Below, in pieces: positions 28,347 through 37,231 of a stretch of DNA of 64,000 nt (position 1 is its first letter; the number at the start of each line of letters is the position of its first letter). Made by a program: the position numbers and the translations under genes. The notes under the pieces were generated by a model that saw nothing but the letters and a program-made list of their open reading frames with translations, made no database searches and was not told where the DNA came from. Source of the stretch: an uncultured Candidatus Bathyarchaeia archaeon (lineage in GTDB: Archaea > Thermoproteota > Bathyarchaeia > Bathyarchaeales > Bathycorpusculaceae); assembly GCA_964654925.1 (NCBI GenBank), contig CAZZKO010000002.1, forward strand, positions 9,589 through 73,588, in the 5' to 3' direction.

Positions 28347-28639
28347 TTGATAAGTGTAGATCGTTTGAAAGTTGACGATAAGGCTTGTTTAGGGGTTAGA
28401 GTTGAACTTTCGGGCTCACCTCCGCTGGTTTTAATCGTTGTTGAAAAAGCTTCATAATGTGCGGTTTCATGAACGTTGAGGTTGCAGAGAGTTTTGGTGT
28501 AGCTGCCGCCGTGGTTAGTGGGGTTAAAAACTTTCAGGATGTTTTAAGTGGTTAGATTAACGCTGTTACCTCAAAGGCTAAAAGTCTCGGCGTAGAGCCA
28601 GGCATGTCGGGTTTGGAGGCCTTAAAACGAATGTTGTAA
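28347..28639 (+). pseudogene. DUF1805 (YunC-like) gene with a frameshift and an in-frame TAG
   Basis: LISVDRLKVDDKACLGVRVELSGSPPLVLIVVEKAS is followed by a frame break near 28452, then IMCGFMNVEVAESFGVAAAVVSGVKNFQDVLSG, then TAG at 28553, then INAVTSKAKSLGVEPGMSGLEALKRML. Confidence 0.6.
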
Positions 28640-28687
28640 GATGTTAAATAATTAGCTGATTACTGGAAAATGCATTAAAGTTAAAAC

Positions 28688-28977
28688 GTTGTTGGCTCTG
28701 CTGGAAAATTTTTAGACATGCTTTTGATTGGGACTTTCCAAAAGGAATTAGGGACTTGCACACCTTATTTGAATAGGTAAATAGTCGCCATAAAGCCAAA
28801 AATCATAGTGGCCCTTGGCAATTATTCCACCGCCTGTATTTTCTCAAAGGCTAGGTTTGCATTTAACGGTATAACGCGCCCGTAGGATCTTCTATGAGCG
28901 AATATTTTGAGTTTACCTGTCACGTTTTTCCAACATTGAATCCGGCAGATGGGCTTTACAGCACCACATACAAGTAG
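28688..28977 (+). pseudogene. uracil-DNA glycosylase (family 4/5-like) relic
   Basis: Fragments VVGSAGKFLDMLL, C.PYLNR*IVAIKPKIIVALG and, in another frame, VFPTLNPADGLY. The catalytic N-terminal block is missing, with stops and frame breaks. Confidence 0.4.
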
Positions 28978-29036
28978 CTTCCTTTATGTCCGATCTCAGA
29001 AAGCTTGGAGTAAGCTTGATGGGTTAGGAGGTTTAT

Positions 29037-29963
29037 CTAATCCATTTTAATTGTAGATTCTAAGGCTTTAAGAAGCTCTTCGGCGTTCATAAAAGTTTTT
29101 GAAGGCAGTTTAGCCAGCAATTCCGCAAGCCGGATCTGTTTTCCCTCCTCAATTTCTACAAGTCTCCACCCAATTTTTTTAACTAACACACTTTTAGACG
29201 CTGGATAACGCGTTTTCTCCACGACACTTTTAACGGAATCCAGCCCCACCGAACCTGTGATTTTTGGAAAACTTCCTTTAGATAGATACTGCATAAAACG
29301 TAAGCCATCGTCAAACATGGAAAGATTGTTAAAAAGTAAGTAGACTGTTTTTCCCTTATTCTCAAAGGGTTTAACAAGTTCCAAAAGCCTTTGCAGTTCC
29401 TCGTCACTGTACTGATAGTAGTAAAGTTCCTCGCCTAAGCCATGAAGCCTAAAATAGGCTATTTTGCTGGTGTATGCTGGCATAAGCCTAAAAGGATCCG
29501 TCACGTGCACCACATCTAATGCGCTTAGGGCCTCGCCAAGTTTTTTGTGAATTTCCGGTTTTTCCCACTCCGGTCCGCGGGTCTCCCAGGCTAGAACAAG
29601 GTCTTCACGTTCTATTCCTTTGAAGAATTTTTCCGCAGTTTCAAGTTTATCGGGTCTAAAAGAGCCAGGCGTTTGAATAAGCAGTATATTCGAATTTAAT
29701 GCTTTGCATATTTGCTTCATTCGTTCAAAAGCTTGAAGACTAACGTTGTCTAATTTCATTTTTGACTTGTGACTTATATCCTGATGGGCTTTAACCGTGA
29801 ACTCGAAGTTTTCCGGAACTTTTTCACGCCAGCTCTTCACCGTTTCTATTCGCGGGTATTCGTAAAAAGTGCTGTTCAACTCAACCAACTGATAGTTTTC
29901 AAAATATCTTTTCATTGATGTTGGAAAGCCGCAACATCCAACTTTGATCATAGCATTCTGCAC
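29037..29963 (-). CDS. DUF72 domain protein
   Basis: IKVGCCGFP...YFENYQLVELNSTFY... matches the DUF72 layout. Confidence 0.75.
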   Translation of the reverse strand: MQNAMIKVGCCGFPTSMKRYFENYQLVELNSTFYEYPRIETVKSWREKVPENFEFTVKAHQDISHKSKMKLDNVSLQAFERMKQICKALNSNILLIQTPGSFRPDKLETAEKFFKGIEREDLVLAWETRGPEWEKPEIHKKLGEALSALDVVHVTDPFRLMPAYTSKIAYFRLHGLGEELYYYQYSDEELQRLLELVKPFENKGKTVYLLFNNLSMFDDGLRFMQYLSKGSFPKITGSVGLDSVKSVVEKTRYPASKSVLVKKIGWRLVEIEEGKQIRLAELLAKLPSKTFMNAEELLKALESTIKMD

Positions 29964-29969
29964 CTGCCA

Positions 29970-30641
29970 TCAAGTGCTAACTTTTGGGGACGGACGTAAA
30001 GGCCTCCCCAGTTTTTTGTGTAGGGCTATTCTGTAAAGTTTTCTCAAAGACTTTATAAGCTGCTCCACGCTGGGCAGAGGAGTGTATAGCAAAGGTATGC
30101 GGTCGTACCGTGCCAATCGGATGGAATACTCGTCAGGCTTGAATCCATGGTATACGGCAACTTTAGGTTTTAAGCTACTCATCCTTACAAGCATCATAGG
30201 CGAAATCCCATTTTCAATATGTGTGAAAATGAGTGCTCTTTCTGTGGTGGCGCCAAAAAGTTGCGCATATTCAAAGCCCGAGAGGGTTTCCACAGCTTTC
30301 CCGCTATCTACAACAGTATATCCTCTAACCTCTCCGATACTGAAACTTGGTCGTGTAACGATTTCCCCTTTAATAGCCTTGCACAAGTATTCCACACGAA
30401 CTGGCATGGGGAATTCCCAAATGAATTTTCGCACAAATCTTGTTCCCGGATTTTTCCTTATGCCGCTTTCGTAATCACTTATAACCGAGGGTGAAAGTAG
30501 CATTTTCTCGGAAAGGGTTGCTTGGGAAACGGCAAAAAGCTCCCTCCATTTATGCATGGTTTTTTCTGGCTTGTTTGAAAGAATAATCTCACCGGCAATT
30601 CTCCTTGCTAAAACTTCGCGAATACTAGGCGATGTGGACAT
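29970..30641 (-). CDS. HTH (XRE-like) transcriptional regulator, COG1709-like
   Basis: FAVSQATLSEKMLLSPSVISDYESGIRKNPG helix-turn-helix. Confidence 0.55.
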   Translation of the reverse strand: MSTSPSIREVLARRIAGEIILSNKPEKTMHKWRELFAVSQATLSEKMLLSPSVISDYESGIRKNPGTRFVRKFIWEFPMPVRVEYLCKAIKGEIVTRPSFSIGEVRGYTVVDSGKAVETLSGFEYAQLFGATTERALIFTHIENGISPMMLVRMSSLKPKVAVYHGFKPDEYSIRLARYDRIPLLYTPLPSVEQLIKSLRKLYRIALHKKLGRPLRPSPKVST

Positions 30642-30761
30642 AAGATCGCTACCAGCCCCATTTTCTCCCTACGGGATCACAAATAATATAAAGTATACCC
30701 GCTATGCTAATCTCGTCCGCTTTGCAGGGAATAAATAATATTTTTTGGCATAAATCCCAGA

Positions 30762-31649
30762 TTAGATGATGAAAATTAGGAATGTTCCAGCTACGACCGT
30801 TACAGAGCCTAAAACAACACTCGCCGTAACCTTTTCATGTAGAAATATGGCCCCAAACAGTGTTGAGAAAAGCGGCGTTGTAGAGGAAATAGGAACAGCT
30901 TGCGACTCTGGAATATAGGCAAAACTCAGGATCAGGAAAAACCACCCTATTCCTAAGGCGATAATGCCCCCCGACAATATCATGGCTAAGGTTCTCCTCT
31001 TTATCTTGAAAAAGCCTAAACCCCTATTAGTTATCGGTGCAATTATTAGCAAAACAGCGGCTATTGATACTACCCGCAGAGTATTTATTGCAAATGCATG
31101 CTCAGGATCTGGGGTCTCTTGTAAGGCCATATTCACCATAAAAATACTTATAGACCAAATGACTGCCGTAGCTAGTGCGATAGCGATGCCCTTGATTAGA
31201 GAGTTCTTCTGCTCGTTATCTCTTTTATCCTTTTCATAGCTTAGAAGCCATATTCCTAAGACAATCATGAAGGCGGCTAGTACAACTTGAAATGTTACTT
31301 CCTCTTTGGCTATTAAAACGGCCCAAATGATACTGAAAAGCGGATAAGTACATGTGAGAGGTACAGCTCTGCTGACTCCTAGTTTTTCCAAACTTAAAAG
31401 GTAAAGGGTGTCGCCCAGTCCTAAACCGACAATTCCGCTTGTAGAGGCCAGTAAAAGGGCATGAATGGAGATGCTTGTTAAATTTTTAAATCCAATTAAA
31501 GCTAGGCAGAAAAGAAGAAATAATCCTGTCCCAAGGCACCGTATAGTATTGGCTGGTAAAGGCTTGGTTTCGATTAAAGCGTTTTTATAAAGTATTGCTG
31601 AGGCAGTCCAACATATAGCAGCGCTTAACGCCGCGAATTCACCTATCAT
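30762..31649 (-). CDS. EamA/DMT family transporter
   Basis: About ten hydrophobic helices arranged as two EamA-like halves. Confidence 0.85.
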   Translation of the reverse strand: MIGEFAALSAAICWTASAILYKNALIETKPLPANTIRCLGTGLFLLFCLALIGFKNLTSISIHALLLASTSGIVGLGLGDTLYLLSLEKLGVSRAVPLTCTYPLFSIIWAVLIAKEEVTFQVVLAAFMIVLGIWLLSYEKDKRDNEQKNSLIKGIAIALATAVIWSISIFMVNMALQETPDPEHAFAINTLRVVSIAAVLLIIAPITNRGLGFFKIKRRTLAMILSGGIIALGIGWFFLILSFAYIPESQAVPISSTTPLFSTLFGAIFLHEKVTASVVLGSVTVVAGTFLIFII

Positions 31650-31730
31650 TAAATCGCACCATCTATTAGTTGGTGTTGTTGCTAAAGCTGTTAAATACTT
31701 AAATAGATTTCATATATTTGTTCGGTCGAT

Positions 31731-32429
31731 ATGGATCTCACAGTTTACTGGTGTGCAGAAGCCGCTAAAATGTTCCCAGAACTTTCTCTTGGAGTGGGTA
31801 TAATCAGAAATGTGCATGTAGAGAGGGAAAACGAGAAAATCAAAGAACTAAAGAGGATTTCTTACGAAGAGGTAAGATCCAAATACAGCATTGAGAAATT
31901 AAAGGATAACCCAATAATAAGAGCCTATAGAGACTTTTACTGGAAACTGAATATAGATCCAACAAAGGTTAGACCATCGGGGGAGGCCTTACTAAGAAGA
32001 GTTTTGCATGGCAATGAGCTCCCAACGATATCAACAGCCGTTGATGCTTATAATTTAGCTTCTATGAAAACCATGATTCCAATTAGCGGATTTGATCTTG
32101 AAAAACTTAAACCTCCATTTAATGTGCGCTTTGCAAATAAAGGCGAGGAATTTCTTGGCATTGGAATGGAAAAGCCCAGCACATTAACAGAAAAAATGCT
32201 TGTGCTTGCTGACAGGGAAAGGGTTCTATGCATTTATCCCTATAGGGACGCGGATTATACAAAAATTACAGAGAGAACAAGGAATATCTTGATCGTTGGC
32301 TATGGTGTTCCCGGAATAGAAGGGCGACAACTCTTGAAAGCTGTGGAAACAGCCTTATCGTATATCCAAAAAGTTTCAGGCGGGGAGATTGGAATGCTTA
32401 AACTTTTTAGCCCGCCTCAAAATGCATAG
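31731..32429 (+). CDS. B3/B4 tRNA-binding domain protein
   Basis: RAYRDFYWKLNIDPTKVRPSGEALLRRVLHGNELPTISTAVDAYNLAS. Confidence 0.8.
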   Translation: MDLTVYWCAEAAKMFPELSLGVGIIRNVHVERENEKIKELKRISYEEVRSKYSIEKLKDNPIIRAYRDFYWKLNIDPTKVRPSGEALLRRVLHGNELPTISTAVDAYNLASMKTMIPISGFDLEKLKPPFNVRFANKGEEFLGIGMEKPSTLTEKMLVLADRERVLCIYPYRDADYTKITERTRNILIVGYGVPGIEGRQLLKAVETALSYIQKVSGGEIGMLKLFSPPQNA

Positions 32430-32440
32430 GGTGTTGTGGG

Positions 32441-33220
32441 TTGTCCTTCAAGGTTAAGATGGAGGAAACTTCAAGGTTCAAGGAATCTAATATTATATTA
32501 GCCTTGGACTTTCCTTTCGAGCGTATTGAAAACCGTGAATCTCTATATGTTCGTGCAGAAAGCATAATCGAAAGGGTTTATCCCTATATTTGTGCTGTAA
32601 AATTCAATCATCATTTAACGCTTCCTCTGGGCTTGTTTGACGGTGTTGAAAAGCTGATAAAAAAGGCCCACGACAAGGGACTATTAACAATCATGGACTG
32701 CAAAATCAATGATATAGGTGCTACGAATGAAGTGATTGCTGAATACTACTATGCAGCTGGTTTTGATGCACTTATAGCAAACCCTTTCGTAGGATGGAAT
32801 GAAGGACTAGAACCAGTGTTCAAAGTGGCTAAGGCTTACAGTAAGGGCGTGATACTGCTAGTTTATATGAGCCACAGGGGAGTTGCTGAGGGCTATGGCC
32901 AAACAGTACTGGATCATGATACTGGCGAGGAAACTCCCCAATATGTTCTATTTGCAAAAAAGGCTTTAAAGTGGGGTGCTGATGGAGCCGTTGTTGGTGC
33001 TACATACCCCGAAAAAATAAGGGAAGTTTTTGAGATGCTTAAAGGTGAAATTCCAATTTACTCGCCGGGAATAGGGTTTCAGGGGGGCGAAATAGAATCC
33101 GCCTTAAAGGCAGGCGCCCGTTATCTTATTGTTGGACGTGCTATAACACTTTCGCAGAATCCTAGTAAATCCGCCGAAAAAATTAGAAATATTGCAAGAG
33201 CGCTTAAGAAGCATGTTTAA
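32441..33220 (+). CDS. pyrF: orotidine 5'-phosphate decarboxylase-like
   Basis: IILALDF..., DCKINDIGATNE, PGIGFQGG, LIVGRAI. Confidence 0.75.
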   Translation: MSFKVKMEETSRFKESNIILALDFPFERIENRESLYVRAESIIERVYPYICAVKFNHHLTLPLGLFDGVEKLIKKAHDKGLLTIMDCKINDIGATNEVIAEYYYAAGFDALIANPFVGWNEGLEPVFKVAKAYSKGVILLVYMSHRGVAEGYGQTVLDHDTGEETPQYVLFAKKALKWGADGAVVGATYPEKIREVFEMLKGEIPIYSPGIGFQGGEIESALKAGARYLIVGRAITLSQNPSKSAEKIRNIARALKKHV

Positions 33221-33222
33221 GC

Positions 33223-33375
33223 CTATCTTTCTCTTCGCTCCCACAACTCCCTCTTAAGTAGATCCCTTACAGCTGACCTTATCGCAGCGCTCCTGCTTGG
33301 GTACATGTTAGCCCTAACAAGCTCATCTAAACCCTCAAGATACGCTTCAGGTAACAACACAGTGACGAGCTTCAT
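33223..33375 (-). CDS. CopG/ribbon-helix-helix protein (50 aa, below the ORF-track cutoff)
   Basis: MKLVTVLLPEAYLEGLDELVRANMYPSRSAAIRSAVRDLLKRELWERRER. Confidence 0.7.
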   Translation of the reverse strand: MKLVTVLLPEAYLEGLDELVRANMYPSRSAAIRSAVRDLLKRELWERRER

Positions 33376-33426
33376 CTTCCCTTCTCCTCAGCATGTTATA
33401 TTCATGTTATGCTGCAAATATAAAAT

Positions 33427-33783
33427 TTAATAATTTCCCCAGACGACTTTTTCATTTAATTTTTGAATCTCCCTCATTGTGCTTTGAAATGTTTCAGATA
33501 TATCTTCTACATACAATGCGCGTCGGCGCAGTCCCTCCTGTATTGTCCCGGCGGCAATCAATAGACTTCCAAGAAAGTCGCTTATAAAAGGCTCGGGGAA
33601 AACTATTAATGCTAAGCCGAGTTTGATGAGCCATGGTTTATCTCCATTTTTCGATATTTTTTTGGTAGCCTTGACTTTCCCTACAGTTTCCTCTAATGTC
33701 CTCAAAAAATCAGTGTAGCTTTCACTTAATTCATGTGACATTTTTGGTACAGTTGAAATTGCCTTAACATCTTTTGACGCCAT
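33427..33783 (-). CDS. hypothetical protein with a central hydrophobic segment
   Basis: Open frame with WLIKLGLALIVFPEPFISDFLGSLLIAAG. No family recognised. Confidence 0.4.
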   Translation of the reverse strand: MASKDVKAISTVPKMSHELSESYTDFLRTLEETVGKVKATKKISKNGDKPWLIKLGLALIVFPEPFISDFLGSLLIAAGTIQEGLRRRALYVEDISETFQSTMREIQKLNEKVVWGNY

Positions 33784-34036
33784 TCTGATCCCGTTAGGAC
33801 TTTTCTTTTTTGTGAAAGAAAAACTTTAACGCCTAGAAGTCTCCTTTTTTGGCTGCTTCGCTTCGCATGAAGCTTTAAATTTTTAAATTTTTCATTCAAA
33901 ATCAACGCTTCTGACCATGATTTTTGCACTACGCATTGAAAATATTTGTTAATGAAGAATTTTTGGGCGGCAACAAAAATGTTATTTTGCAATTAAAAAG
34001 ACGTAACCATTTGTTTAGGAATGGCAAGGTGTCACG

Positions 34037-34360
34037 TTGGAAAATAAGCATTATGGATTTATTCTGATTTCAGATGAAAAATGGTGGCAGGAGGGCCGCG
34101 GATTTTGTTGGACAGGTAGCTGGAGACTGCCAAAAGCTTTGGGAAATGCATGGGCACGGGACATGTATAAAATCATTATTATCATTATTAAAGAGTATCT
34201 AGATTTTCTACGCGGAAGCGGTGAGGCCGCCTTCATTCGGTTCACAAACTTTCACGAACTTGAGATTCCTGTTTCAGTAGATCTTCTTAAGAGAATTTTG
34301 GGATTTTCAGTCATGTGCCGAGGGGCGGTAAATAATATGGTAAATAATTATGGTAAATAA
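34037..34360 (+). CDS. doubtful hypothetical ORF
   Basis: Open frame only, in an AT-rich gap. It contains an IIIIII run and its tail overlaps a tandem repeat. Confidence 0.15.
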   Translation: MENKHYGFILISDEKWWQEGRGFCWTGSWRLPKALGNAWARDMYKIIIIIIKEYLDFLRGSGEAAFIRFTNFHELEIPVSVDLLKRILGFSVMCRGAVNNMVNNYGK

Positions 34361-34410
34361 TATATACACGGAAGACGTGATTCAGATAACCGCTGAGGGT
34401 GTTTCGCCCC

Positions 34411-35613
34411 ATGGAAATGTTTGACCCTAAGGAATTCGTTGAGAAAAAGGTTGAGGATATTCGCAAAGAAATCAACGGTGAGAAGGCTTTAGTGGCTATT
34501 TCCGGCGGAGTGGACAGCACCACATGCGCTGTTTTGACCCGTAAGGCCATAGGCGAAAATCTTGTTTGCGTATTCTTAGATGATGCTTTTATGCGTGAGG
34601 GTGAACCTGAACTAGTGGCTAATATTCTCTCTAAAGATCCTTTCAATATATCAGTGAAAATTGTCAATGTTCGCGATCGTTTCCTTGATTCTATGAAGGG
34701 TTTGAGGGACGCTGAGGAAAAGCGAAAAAGGTTCCGTGAAACCTTTTACACGGTTTTAAGTGAAACAGCTAAAAAAGAAGGTTGTCGCGTCTTAGTTCAA
34801 GGTACGATCCGCGCTGACATTGTGGAGACAGTTGATGGTGTGAAAACTCAACATAATGTCCTCGAGCAGATGGGCATAAATCCGCTTGAAAAATTTGGAT
34901 TTAAAGTTGTTGAACCCCTTCTTGACCTTTACAAAGGACAGGTTAGAATGGTTGCAAGGTACTTAAAATTGCCTCCAGAAATTTCTGAAAGGCAACCCTT
35001 CCCAGGGCCAGGCTTATCCGTGCGCGTTGTTGGGGAGATCCGTTTAGACAAGTTGGACGCTTTGAAAAAGGCAACAGCCCTTGTGGAGAGGGAACTTGAA
35101 GTGTACAGGCCGAGTCAATATTTCGCCGCAATAATTGATAATGAGGTGTCTTCGGATCATTATCTTGACGCACATATAAAGGAAATTGTCGCTCGCTATC
35201 TTAATGTTCCAAATAAAAACGTTGAAGTGAAAATCTTTAGGGATCGCGCCACAGGGGTAGTAAATAAGGAAAGACGCTATGGAAAAATTGTAGGTATAAA
35301 GTGTAAGACGGAGAATGGCGGAGCCTACCAGCTTCCCATACAAAGATTAGTTGCCCTCCAGACAAGAATAATAAACGATAATCCAGATGTAACGAGGGTT
35401 CTTTACGCTGTGAAATGCCTGCCGGAAAACAAACCATACGTTATTAGCATGAGATCTATTCAGACGACGGACTTTTTGACAGCTCAAGTTTCGGAGATAC
35501 CTTGGGATGCCCTTAACAGAGCTGCAACGAGGATTCTAGAGAGCTGTTCAGAAGTTTCTGAAGTATATTATGATGTGACGCCTAAACCACCAGCAACAAT
35601 AGAAATGGAGTAG
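34411..35613 (+). CDS. guaA: GMP synthase, ATP-pyrophosphatase subunit (GuaA-B), extended C-terminus
   Basis: ISGGVDSTTCAVL PP-loop, QPFPGPGLSVR, and terminal KPPATIEME. Confidence 0.85.
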   Translation: MEMFDPKEFVEKKVEDIRKEINGEKALVAISGGVDSTTCAVLTRKAIGENLVCVFLDDAFMREGEPELVANILSKDPFNISVKIVNVRDRFLDSMKGLRDAEEKRKRFRETFYTVLSETAKKEGCRVLVQGTIRADIVETVDGVKTQHNVLEQMGINPLEKFGFKVVEPLLDLYKGQVRMVARYLKLPPEISERQPFPGPGLSVRVVGEIRLDKLDALKKATALVERELEVYRPSQYFAAIIDNEVSSDHYLDAHIKEIVARYLNVPNKNVEVKIFRDRATGVVNKERRYGKIVGIKCKTENGGAYQLPIQRLVALQTRIINDNPDVTRVLYAVKCLPENKPYVISMRSIQTTDFLTAQVSEIPWDALNRAATRILESCSEVSEVYYDVTPKPPATIEME

Positions 35614-35661
35614 TAGTGCTAAACCTAAATAGCACAATCTACAAGTTTATGCTAGATAAAT

Positions 35662-35988
35662 ATGATTCGGGTTAGGGTAAACAAAATAGAATCGATCTAT
35701 GATATTGATGGTAACCTTGGGAAACGCATAGAGCTTGTTGAAGAGCGTCCAACTCCACAATTCATAATCAAGCCGCACAGCGAGGAGGCAAGGCTTGTTC
35801 AAGAAGTATTTCAGGCCCTACAGCAGCAACTCCCATTCTTCCCAACTAAGGCACAACTCACAGTTCCAAAGATCATCCTATTCCTCACAGAGCAAGAGTA
35901 TGAGAGTCTAGGAATTGACTTTGACGTTAACCAAGTTTACGAGATAACCCTAGAGGATCAAGCAATAAAATTCAAGAAAACCTCATAA
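35662..35988 (+). CDS. hypothetical protein
   Basis: Open frame; no family recognised. Confidence 0.4.
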   Translation: MIRVRVNKIESIYDIDGNLGKRIELVEERPTPQFIIKPHSEEARLVQEVFQALQQQLPFFPTKAQLTVPKIILFLTEQEYESLGIDFDVNQVYEITLEDQAIKFKKTS

Positions 35989-36322
35989 TTTCTCTTCGAA
36001 TCCTTTTTAGGGCAGAATACCTCGGATTGAAAGATAGCAGAAACATCATACTCCTTAAAGCTCTACAAATACTTTCTACACTTGGATCCTTATTTTTGTC
36101 GCAGTAAAGTGGTATAGATTCCCCATTTTCACCTTCGTAAAAAATGTAAAGCGTGGCGTAGAGCGTAGCCCGCGTTTCCTCCATTTTTATGACTTCGACC
36201 TCTAAGCGAAGTTTCTTAGCCATTTTCCTGACAGCAGCACTAATAGATCTTAACCTTTTTCTTTCATAATCTGCTGAAGAGTAGACTAGGAGCCTTCCAC
36301 AATTAATGTTCAAGGGTTCCAC
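35972..36322 (-). CDS. hypothetical protein
   Basis: Open frame; no family recognised. Confidence 0.35.
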   Translation of the reverse strand: MEPLNINCGRLLVYSSADYERKRLRSISAAVRKMAKKLRLEVEVIKMEETRATLYATLYIFYEGENGESIPLYCDKNKDPSVESICRALRSMMFLLSFNPRYSALKRIRREIMRFS

Positions 36323-36443
36323 CGAGAAGTGATCTTTAGGTTTCTATTTTTAAGATGGTTGGCGAAGCAACAGGTTCGCACCAAGAGAGTTAAGTTAAAG
36401 TGAGGAAAAATCTTAAGATTACTTTGCTCCTGGGCAACGTGAG

Positions 36444-36722
36444 ATGTCGAAGGTTAGGGCTCATGTATTAATAAGTGGGCGTGTTCAAGGAGTATTCTTT
36501 AGGTCAGAGACTAGACGCGAGGCCAAAAAGCACAGCGTCAAGGGTTGGGTTCGCAATTTGCCCGATGGCAGGGTTGAGGCCGTTTTTGAAGGAGACGAAG
36601 AAGCAGTCAAAAAGCTTATAGAATTTTGTAAGCATGGACCGCCATATGCCAAGGTTACAAACGTCGAGGTCATATGGGAAAATTATGCTGGCGAATTCAG
36701 CGATTTTGAAATAAGATATTGA
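36444..36722 (+). CDS. acyP: acylphosphatase
   Basis: [38 protein letters not shown]. Confidence 0.9.
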   Translation: MSKVRAHVLISGRVQGVFFRSETRREAKKHSVKGWVRNLPDGRVEAVFEGDEEAVKKLIEFCKHGPPYAKVTNVEVIWENYAGEFSDFEIRY

Positions 36723-36731
36723 AATTGATTG

Positions 36732-37136
36732 TCATATTCTCTTTTTTGGAACACGGAAGTGCGATTCCTTTCCCGCGCTAATATATTCTCCTCCTGCTTC
36801 CCGCACAATTGCAGCTATTCGTGCAAAGTTTTCTGATCCTAAAAACTGCCGGGGCTTTATCATTATAAAGTCGCCTCTATCCTCAAAGGCCAGTAGAGCC
36901 CCTAAATCTTCTGGAAAAATATTCTTAAGGTCGCTTATTTCTACTTTCTCGATTTCTGGTGTTTTAGAAATCGAAATAGCTGGTGTGGGTGGGGATGGAG
37001 GGGCCATCTGAGAAATTGCGATTGATTTTAATGAAGTGGAAATTGCCCTTAAATCTTCTGAAACGCTGTTTAGAACCACCAATAACTCGTCAACTTTTTC
37101 TATTAGTTTTTCAATTTTTTCCCTTTCCATGCTCAA
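36732..37136 (-). CDS. hypothetical protein (coiled coil, Pro-rich linker, C-terminal domain)
   Basis: Open frame; no family recognised. Confidence 0.45.
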   Translation of the reverse strand: MSMEREKIEKLIEKVDELLVVLNSVSEDLRAISTSLKSIAISQMAPPSPPTPAISISKTPEIEKVEISDLKNIFPEDLGALLAFEDRGDFIMIKPRQFLGSENFARIAAIVREAGGEYISAGKESHFRVPKKRI

Positions 37137-37231
37137 GTTAAAGCGCCTCTCAAACTTTCTTATACGCTTCTGGTGTATTTATTAATTGTTTATGCGTTTT
37201 ATTATCTTCAGAAAATGGAGTTTCGGATGAA

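Noticed and set aside
23700-28460. Explaining all frame breaks as homopolymer sequencing errors.
   Set aside because: The breaks cluster in a few accessory genes (five in one 0.9-kb gene), while genes of 1.6 to 2.2 kb are uninterrupted. Nonsense codons and deletions accompany the breaks. Read-level confirmation is still needed.
26607-28555. In-frame TGA (26607) and TAG (28553, 11891) as evidence for stop-codon recoding (Sec, Pyl or a reassigned code).
   Set aside because: TAG terminates clearly intact genes here (rpl40e, rps28e). Two of the three stops lie in genes that also carry frameshifts. No SECIS-like or Pyl context was seen.
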